The translations under genes were made by a program, and so were the position numbers. Below are positions 6,623 through 12,398 of a DNA stretch of 12,398 nucleotides, piece after piece. This stretch comes from Thermovirgaceae bacterium (GTDB lineage: Bacteria > Synergistota > Synergistia > Synergistales > Thermovirgaceae). The notes under the pieces were generated by a model. The model had not been told where the DNA came from. It made no database searches and saw only the letters and a list, made by a program, of their open reading frames with translations. Within the stretch, counting starts at the first letter, position 1. Every line of letters begins with the position of its first letter. Location of the stretch: positions 1 to 12,398 of the forward strand of contig JBKHBH010000061.1 of the NCBI GenBank assembly GCA_046542505.1. Reading direction: 5' to 3'.

Positions 6623-7729
6623 CTAGACTGTGAAGCCTTCCTTGAGCATTTCCGCCACGGATTCCCTGGAGGCATTGTCCAGCCCAAGTTTTTCAAGGCT
6701 GCGCCCTTCCTTGAAGAAATCCCTGTCGTTCATCGTGGCGGCAAAGAGGATGACCGATTCGATCAAAGGACAAGGGACTCCCAGGGAACGCCCGAGCGAC
6801 GCCACGGGGACAAGCAGGTAAGGGACATCCTCGGTAAGGTATCGGTGTGACAAGGCCTTGGGGGCATCCGCCCCGTGGCCCCCGTAAACATTGCTGCTCT
6901 GGAGGACATCGAAGAGGGTGTCTCCCTGGAGGCTATAGGTTTCCTTGAGCCATTCCGTCTGGGACTGGAGGTCATACCCCAGGGCCTTTCCGATGGCCCG
7001 CCTTTCCAGGTCGACGCCTTCCACCACTTTGCAGACCGCAGGGCTCATGCCGTCGGTGTAAAACCGGAAATTGCCCTTTTCTGATTCGATCCGCCCCGCG
7101 TTCAGGACCATCGTCGCGCAGTGGACGACCATGTTCAGGTTCGAAAGGGAAGTTTCGAGGACGTCCGCCGCCTCGACTATAGGTGTGGGGAACATCTCGC
7201 CTATTGCATCGAAAAGCTCCCCGCTCCGCTTCGAAGGGAAGGCTCCGGCAAGGACTTTCGTCTTAACGCCCCAAATATCCACCACACCGGGCTCAACCTG
7301 CCGGCAGGCATAAGGAAGCGTGTTCGTTTCGCCCAAAAGAGGCAAGGGCCATCCTTCCCGCTTCAGCCAGGCGGCAATTTCCAGAGGGCCGAAATTGCCC
7401 GGGATAAAAATGACCTTCATGTCCTCCCGAAGGCTCGGCCCGGCCAGCTGCATCATTGGACGTTGCGCGAAGGAGGGCGCCACAACGTAGATGACGTCTG
7501 CACCGTCAAGTGCTTCATTCGCGTCGATGGTCGCCTCTTCAAGTTTGCCGAAGCCTTCGAGGCTGCCGCGCAACTCGATCCCCCCGGCCCTGGAAATGGC
7601 ATCCATCTTTTCACCGAAATCAGGGTGTTCGAAAAGCCTGACAGGGTACCCTTTCAATGCCAGATGCCCTGCAAGTGCCTGTCCGCCGTTTCCCGCGCCC
7701 AGGACCGCTACCGTGGATTGCATCTTCAT
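6623..7729 (-). CDS. NAD/NADP octopine/nopaline (opine) dehydrogenase family protein
   Basis: VAVLGAGNGGQALAGHL Rossmann motif, ETNTLPYACR, LSNLNMVVHC...LNAGRIE (catalytic His), FRFYTDG, HRYLTEDVPY (catalytic Asp), GRSLEKLGL. These match the Arthrobacter CENDH-type opine dehydrogenase family. Confidence 0.94.
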   Translation of the reverse strand: MKMQSTVAVLGAGNGGQALAGHLALKGYPVRLFEHPDFGEKMDAISRAGGIELRGSLEGFGKLEEATIDANEALDGADVIYVVAPSFAQRPMMQLAGPSLREDMKVIFIPGNFGPLEIAAWLKREGWPLPLLGETNTLPYACRQVEPGVVDIWGVKTKVLAGAFPSKRSGELFDAIGEMFPTPIVEAADVLETSLSNLNMVVHCATMVLNAGRIESEKGNFRFYTDGMSPAVCKVVEGVDLERRAIGKALGYDLQSQTEWLKETYSLQGDTLFDVLQSSNVYGGHGADAPKALSHRYLTEDVPYLLVPVASLGRSLGVPCPLIESVILFAATMNDRDFFKEGRSLEKLGLDNASRESVAEMLKEGFTV

Positions 7730-7751
7730 CTCATATGCACCCCTTTTTTAA

Positions 7752-9065
7752 TTACTTGACATAGCCGAGAACCGTCGGGAGCCACATTGAAAGCGGCGGC
7801 CAATAAGTCGTCAAAAAGACCACCGGCACATACCCGAGCAGCAAAAAGATCATCGTCGGCTTCAGTATGTCCGTGAATTCACAGTTACCCACGCGCATGC
7901 CCAGATACAGGATGCTGGCATAAGGCGGCGTGACGCCTCCCATGGCGAGGTTGGTCCCCATGATGGCAGCAAGCTGAATGGGACTCATGCCCATCTCCAC
8001 CACCAGCGGGAGCAGAAGCGGAGCGAGGAGGATGATACCCGTCACGTCGTTGACAATCATGCCGACGATAAAAAGGAAAATATTGATCAGTATGAGTATG
8101 AGAAAATAGTTTTCCGTAAGGCGGAACACCAGCTGGACGAGCATCTGGGGCACCCTGAGCATGACAAAGGTCTGGCTGAGGATCAGCGTGAAGATGATCA
8201 TCGTCATGATGGCGCCCACTGAAGTGGCCGCTTCCCGCACGATGGGCACAAAGTTCTTGACCGTCAGGCCCTTGTAGATAAAAAACCCGATCGGGAAGGC
8301 CAGAACAGCGGCTACGGCAGCGGCTTCAGTCGGCGTGAAAACACCGCCATAGATCCCTCCCAGGATCACGAAGGGGATCGTCAGTGCGGGCACCGCCCTG
8401 AGAAACCGCGCGGGCATCTCTTTCCTTTTCTGTTTCAGGACCTCCGCATCTTCAAGAATGAGATTCGGCATTTTCTTGGCCCAGACCATGTTAATGACGG
8501 AAAACATCAAGGTAATCAGGATACCCGGGCCCACGGTGGCCAAAAAACACGCGAGGATAGACGTTTCCGTTATCCAGCCGTAGATGATCATGATGACGCT
8601 GGGAGGGATGAGAAGCCCCAGGATGGACGAAACGGTTACAAGAGCGGTGGCATACCCTCTGGGGTACCCCTGGGATACCATGCGGGGGATCATGATAGGC
8701 CCCGTTGCCGCCACACCGGTAAAGCCGCTACCCGATATGGCTCCGATGAGGGCACAGGTCACGGCACAGACAATCCCGATTCCGCCGCGGATTCTGCCCA
8801 CGAAAAGGTCCACAAAGTCCAGCAGCTTGTCCGCTATGCCGCTGTTGGCCATCAGGACACCTGCAAAGATGAAGAGCGGGCTAGCCAGAAGGACCATGTT
8901 GATCATCTGGTTGAAGCCCCACATCATCATGCTGCCCATCGAAACCTGGCCGAAAAAGCTCAAAAACAGCAGGGCCCCGCCGAAACAGAAAGGCAACGGC
9001 ACGCTCATTATCAAGAGGGTAACCAGTACCACAAAATCCAGAAGAATGACAACGGGCAGACTCAT
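7752..9065 (-). CDS. dctM: TRAP transporter large permease
   Basis: Highly hydrophobic 437 aa protein with LLASPLFIFAGVLM..SGIA, GAISGS, GYPRGYATAL, GLLIPPSVIMIIYG, GGIYGGVFTPTEAAAVA, GGVTPP. Start overlaps the dctQ stop (ATGA). Confidence 0.96.
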   Translation of the reverse strand: MSLPVVILLDFVVLVTLLIMSVPLPFCFGGALLFLSFFGQVSMGSMMMWGFNQMINMVLLASPLFIFAGVLMANSGIADKLLDFVDLFVGRIRGGIGIVCAVTCALIGAISGSGFTGVAATGPIMIPRMVSQGYPRGYATALVTVSSILGLLIPPSVIMIIYGWITETSILACFLATVGPGILITLMFSVINMVWAKKMPNLILEDAEVLKQKRKEMPARFLRAVPALTIPFVILGGIYGGVFTPTEAAAVAAVLAFPIGFFIYKGLTVKNFVPIVREAATSVGAIMTMIIFTLILSQTFVMLRVPQMLVQLVFRLTENYFLILILINIFLFIVGMIVNDVTGIILLAPLLLPLVVEMGMSPIQLAAIMGTNLAMGGVTPPYASILYLGMRVGNCEFTDILKPTMIFLLLGYVPVVFLTTYWPPLSMWLPTVLGYVK

Positions 9066-9589
9066 GAGGCCGCCTCCTCCTTTCCGCTCAGGAACGATTT
9101 GAAGCGAAGCAGATGATCAGCCAGCTCAACTACGGTGTAGAAAACCATGAGTACCAGGGAAATAAAAAGTGCGCTTTCGCCGAAAAACAGGGGGATAGAC
9201 AGAAGATTGCTCGTTTTCCACACCCGCAGCGAATACTGATAATATTCGAAAGCCCAGTATGTCAGCCAGAGGCAGACTCCCAGTGAAATGAGCGATTTCG
9301 CCACGTCAAGAATCCTCAACACAAAGGGGCTGGTGATGTAAACGCTGAGCACATTACACTCGATATGTTTCCTTTCCATGGAGGCATTGGCCCCTCCCAA
9401 CAGGTAAAGCCATATGGCCGGAAAGAGCGTCAGCTCCTCGATCCCCATGAGGGGCATTCTCAAGACATACCTCATGACGACCTGTGCGAAAACGAGAATG
9501 GTAACACCGAACATAAGAACGAAAAGGACAAACCCCTGGATCCTGAAGAGAAAGGTCCAAAAGGCCCTGGCGGTGTTTTGGACAGACAT
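9062..9589 (-). CDS. dctQ: TRAP transporter small permease
   Basis: 175 aa with about 4 TM segments and the QVVMRYVL..PL.GIEEL and G....ERKHI motifs; GGAGGG RBS; directly upstream of dctM. Confidence 0.94.
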   Translation of the reverse strand: MSVQNTARAFWTFLFRIQGFVLFVLMFGVTILVFAQVVMRYVLRMPLMGIEELTLFPAIWLYLLGGANASMERKHIECNVLSVYITSPFVLRILDVAKSLISLGVCLWLTYWAFEYYQYSLRVWKTSNLLSIPLFFGESALFISLVLMVFYTVVELADHLLRFKSFLSGKEEAAS

Positions 9590-9679
9590 GTTCTCCCTCC
9601 CTTTTGAAATGAGACGTTTTTGATTCTTCCGAAGGCAAAAAAGAATGTGCCTTTGTACTACCTCAAACTCTTGAAAATA

Positions 9680-9781
9680 GTATTGTCGTATTGTAGGATA
9701 TTTTGTGGTGTTTGTTTAGCATATAAACAGGCAAGATCTCTGTCAACATTAAATGCCTGCCGTTGAAATTGTATATTGTAT
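9680..9781. promoter_or_regulatory. Candidate operator sites in the dctQ/gntR divergent region
   Basis: Direct repeats GTATTGT-c-GTATTGT (9680-9694) and ATTGTAT-ATTGTAT (9768-9781); inverted repeat TGTTTA-N5-TAAACA (9713-9729) straddling the -10 box. Confidence 0.5.
9718..9746 (-). promoter_or_regulatory. sigma70-type promoter of the dctQM-odh-sda-ocd-ocd-dctP operon (-35 TTGACA, 17 nt, -10 TATGCT)
   Basis: Minus strand TTGACA at 9746-9741, 17-nt spacer, TATGCT at 9723-9718. Implies a leader of about 120 nt before dctQ. Confidence 0.78.
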
Positions 9782-9841
9782 GGAAACGACTTGACTGCTT
9801 CCAGCACATTACAAAAGCCGTGCCTGTTTCCTCGTTTCCTT

Positions 9842-9847
9842 TATAAT
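9842..9847 (+). promoter_or_regulatory. Possible -10 box (TATAAT) for the GntR gene
   Basis: Perfect TATAAT 42 nt upstream of ATG 9890. The -35 match is poor (GTGCCT). Confidence 0.45.
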
Positions 9848-9889
9848 CAGGGGAGAATTTGAGACCGTGTATCAAAAGAGGTGCAGGGA

Positions 9890-10606
9890 ATGCTGAAACC
9901 CGTTGAAAGGTCCACACTTTACGAGTCGGTGCTGAAGCAGATGCTTTCAGCTATTAAAAAAGGATACTGGAAACCGGGAGACAAGGTGCCTGGGGAGATG
10001 GCCCTCGCAGACAGATTCGGGGTCAGCAGGAACTGCATCCGTGAGGTGATGAAAGCCCTGAATTTCTTCGGCATCATTACAGCAAGGCCTGGCCAGGGGA
10101 CTTTCCTTTCGGAAAGGGCCCTGCGAAACATCCGCAACACGGAGCTCCTGCGCCTTATTTCGGGCCAGTCATCGCTCATAGAACTTATGGAAGTCAGGCT
10201 TCTCATCGAGGCTCAGGCGGCCTACTGGGCCGCCGAGCGCGCAACGGAAGAAGACATAGCATCTCTTCAGTCTATCCTCGATGAAGAGGATGCCCTGAAA
10301 GAACCCGACGTCGACATTCACGCCAAGTTTCACGATACCCTTGTAAGCATCTCAGGGAACAATCTCCTGATACACCTGTACAACTCGATCAGATCGGAAA
10401 TAGCCATCCAGAGAAAAAAATACGAAAAGTGGCCTTCGGGAGAGCTAAGGGCCTTCGCGCGACAGCACCGGGACATTCTCGAACGCATCAAGAGTAAAAA
10501 CCCCCCGGGAGCCCGTGACCTCATGCAGGAGCACATTACCGGCGGCCTGCATCTCACTCTTGAAACTGAAGAAACGAACGAAGCTTCGCCCAGCAGGACA
10601 TTCTAG
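9890..10606 (+). CDS. GntR family, FadR subfamily transcriptional regulator (wHTH + FCD domain)
   Basis: LYESVLKQM...GYWKPGDKVPGEMALADRFGVSRNCIREVMKAL...ARPGQGTF wHTH; FCD motifs ELMEVRLLIEAQAAYWAAERAT, FHDTL...SGN, H..I.E.I......AR..M.EHI. ATG 9890 is preferred over GTG 9881 (GAGGTG RBS, 6-nt spacing). Confidence 0.96.
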   Translation: MLKPVERSTLYESVLKQMLSAIKKGYWKPGDKVPGEMALADRFGVSRNCIREVMKALNFFGIITARPGQGTFLSERALRNIRNTELLRLISGQSSLIELMEVRLLIEAQAAYWAAERATEEDIASLQSILDEEDALKEPDVDIHAKFHDTLVSISGNNLLIHLYNSIRSEIAIQRKKYEKWPSGELRAFARQHRDILERIKSKNPPGARDLMQEHITGGLHLTLETEETNEASPSRTF

Positions 10607-11733
10607 GATCCTGAAAAATCAAATCCACCGCCTCCTGTCCATCGGCTTTTCAAAAACCGGTGAAACAAAAGCCCTGCAGCAAACCCCCAAGCCATGTTGG
10701 ACATCACCGAGACACCCACCGTCACAAATGCCGTTACGAGACGACGGTCACGGGGGATGTCTCCGGCAAACTTCAGCAGTTCCACCCCCACGGCCAGCAT
10801 CATGGCTCCCAGAATTCCCCCAGGGAAGGCCGCGAACGCAGAGGCGATGGATGCCGCGAAAAAGACTCCCAGCACGATTTCGAAGGTCCCCTCGATAATG
10901 TTCGCGCCGCCTGTCCTTGCCCCGAAATAATACTGCCCTGCCAGCCCTCCGGCCCCGTGGCACATGGGCATTCCCCCGAAGAAGCCGACGGCCAGGTTCA
11001 TGACCCCCATGTTGACGGCTAATTGCCGTTCTGTGACCAACCTTCCCGGCCAATAGGCCGAGATCAGCGCGCTCGTGGCAATAACGGCGTTGGTGGCCGT
11101 TAGCGGGATCTGGGCGAGGCCGCCGCGAACGAAGGAGTCCCAAGCCTCGGCCGGAACAAGCAGGCGGAACTCCGGCAGGCAGAATGCGGGACCGACGAGG
11201 ATGTTTCCGCCGGAAGAAACCGCGGCAATAGCAATCCCGGCAGTCACCAAAACCACCGAAGCCGGGGCATAACGACTTTTTCTCAAAAGAAGTATGACAG
11301 CAATGCTTGCCACAAGGAGGGCCCATTGTCCACCTGCCAGGTTCAGCGCCTCTTTTGCAAGAAGGAGGCCCAGCGAGATCTGTATTCCCCTGATGACCTC
11401 CTTCGGCGTCGCTTGCGCGATCCTGTCAATAACCCCGGTGAGTCCCAAAAGCAGCCAGGTAACTCCCATAGCAAGGGCCGAAGCGTGAACCATTCCCGGC
11501 GTCCAGGCCTGGGCGATGGCCACCACGGCCAGGACTTTCATGGGCTCCACGGGCATGGGAAGCCTGTAGAGAAAGCCGAGTACAATGTTCACAAGGCCCA
11601 ACATGACAAGGAGCCCCGCGGGATCAACACCGCAGACAACGATGTAGCCCACAGCCAGGGGCAGTAGCGTTCCCAGATCCCCCAGCGCCCCTCCCAGTTC
11701 ACGCAGGCTGAATTCGAAGTCGCCTGAATTCAT
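10603..11733 (-). CDS. Putative molybdate/sulfate transporter, MOT1 family
   Basis: Signature motifs ELGGALGDLGTLLP, PMPVEPMK, AQIPLTATNAVIA and GGMPMCHGAGGLAGQYYFGARTGG; multiple TM segments. Confidence 0.9.
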   Translation of the reverse strand: MNSGDFEFSLRELGGALGDLGTLLPLAVGYIVVCGVDPAGLLVMLGLVNIVLGFLYRLPMPVEPMKVLAVVAIAQAWTPGMVHASALAMGVTWLLLGLTGVIDRIAQATPKEVIRGIQISLGLLLAKEALNLAGGQWALLVASIAVILLLRKSRYAPASVVLVTAGIAIAAVSSGGNILVGPAFCLPEFRLLVPAEAWDSFVRGGLAQIPLTATNAVIATSALISAYWPGRLVTERQLAVNMGVMNLAVGFFGGMPMCHGAGGLAGQYYFGARTGGANIIEGTFEIVLGVFFAASIASAFAAFPGGILGAMMLAVGVELLKFAGDIPRDRRLVTAFVTVGVSVMSNMAWGFAAGLLFHRFLKSRWTGGGGFDFSGS

Positions 11734-11748
11734 GACTGCCGCTCGCCG

Positions 11749-12398
11749 TCAGGGGTACAGGTCGGTGCTGAGGTACTTGAGTCCAGAATCGCAAACGAGA
11801 AAGGCAAGGGTGTTCCCTTTCTCTCGTCCCCTGAGAAGCCGAGCTGCGGCGAATACATGGGCTCCCGTGGAAAACCCTCCGAAGATGCCCTCATGCTCGG
11901 CCAGGGCCCTGGCTCCTTCCATGGCCTCCTTGTCGGCGACCGTCAGGTATTCCGTCACCAGCGAAGGATCGACAAAGTCAAGGTCCCTGCTGTATCCGCC
12001 CCCCTGGATTCTGTGATTTGGATTTGTCACCTTCCCACCCGCAAGCCACGGTGATGAAGCCGGTTCCAGCAGGTAGCACCGGATTTCCAGATTATGTTTT
12101 TTCAGCGCCTTCGAGCATCCCGCGAAGGATCCACCCGTTCCGGCAAAATCCACGAAACCGTCAATCCGGCCTCCCGTCTGTTCCCATATTTCTTCCCCCG
12201 TCCCGAACTCGTGGGCGTGTACGTTTCCCTCGAGGTCGAATTGGTCGGCCCTGAAGGCCTTGAGTTCTTCCACGAGTTCACGGGTCCGTTCCTCCACCAG
12301 CTGGAGATCTTCACCTGATACCTGCCCCGGAGGAGACCCGGGAGCCTGGTCCACGAGGATCACTTCGGCGCCCAGGGCACGCATCATCCGTGCCCGTT
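11749..12398 (-). CDS. PLP-dependent cysteine synthase family protein (fold type II), 5' end outside window
   Basis: The frame is open to the right edge (..RARMMRALGAEVILV), so the ORF-track ATG 12387 is internal. Motifs DQF...N..AH..GTGEEIWEQTGGRIDGFV, AGTGGS (PLP phosphate loop), HRIQGGG, LAEHEGIFGGFSTGA, DSGLKYLS. Confidence 0.92.
   Translation of the reverse strand, partial: RARMMRALGAEVILVDQAPGSPPGQVSGEDLQLVEERTRELVEELKAFRADQFDLEGNVHAHEFGTGEEIWEQTGGRIDGFVDFAGTGGSFAGCSKALKKHNLEIRCYLLEPASSPWLAGGKVTNPNHRIQGGGYSRDLDFVDPSLVTEYLTVADKEAMEGARALAEHEGIFGGFSTGAHVFAAARLLRGREKGNTLAFLVCDSGLKYLSTDLYP

Noticed and set aside
6623..7729. Opine metallophore (staphylopine/pseudopaline) biosynthesis
   Set aside because: No nicotianamine-synthase-like CntL, exporter or metal ABC importer in the window; the sequence fits the CENDH-type family.
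1738..9102. Long plus-strand ORFs (1738-2637, 4137-5039, 5070-5525, 7121-7759, 8584-9102 and others)
   Set aside because: They lie opposite well-supported minus-strand genes. Such stop-poor antisense frames are expected in GC-rich coding DNA, and they show no domain signatures.
11734..11751. Selenocysteine or stop read-through fusing the cysteine-synthase-like ORF to MOT1 (TGA followed by 5 in-frame sense codons, then ATG)
   Set aside because: In-frame placement has a 1-in-3 chance, the TGA is at the normal family C-terminus (YLSTDLY), and I see no convincing SECIS-like hairpin.
2924..12398. SbnA/SbnB-type L-2,3-diaminopropionate biosynthesis (CysK-like + OCD-like)
   Set aside because: The cysteine-synthase-like gene is in a different transcription unit about 7 kb away, no NRPS or siderophore genes are present, and the OCD context (importer, dehydratase, FadR) is catabolic.
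1..12398. CRISPR arrays, IS/transposases, integrases, tRNA/rRNA, riboswitches
   Set aside because: No regularly spaced repeats, terminal inverted repeats, mobile-element ORFs or recognisable structured RNAs; intergenic spaces are short. A covariance-model (Rfam) scan of 9590-9711 and 2812-2923 would be needed to fully exclude small RNA elements.

Overview
Gene-dense window from a moderately GC-rich bacterium, probably an anaerobic amino-acid fermenter (Synergistota- or Clostridia-like; this is inference from gene content). The centre is a ~7.8-kb minus-strand operon: dctQ, dctM, an opine (octopine/nopaline-type) dehydrogenase, a fused Fe-S L-serine dehydratase-like enzyme, two tandem ornithine cyclodeaminase/mu-crystallin paralogues, and dctP. 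It has a clear sigma70 promoter and a divergent GntR/FadR regulator. To the left, an XRE-cupin regulator is divergent from a glycine/sarcosine-reductase component B proprotein gene (GrdE/GrdG-like). That gene is absent from the ORF track because it runs off the window edge. To the right are a MOT1-family molybdate/sulfate transporter and a partial cysteine-synthase-family PLP enzyme. No RNA genes, CRISPR arrays or mobile elements were seen. The best lead is the central operon, which looks like an uncharacterised anaerobic uptake and breakdown pathway for an opine or other N-substituted amino acid, possibly coupled to the adjacent atypical Grd-type reductase.
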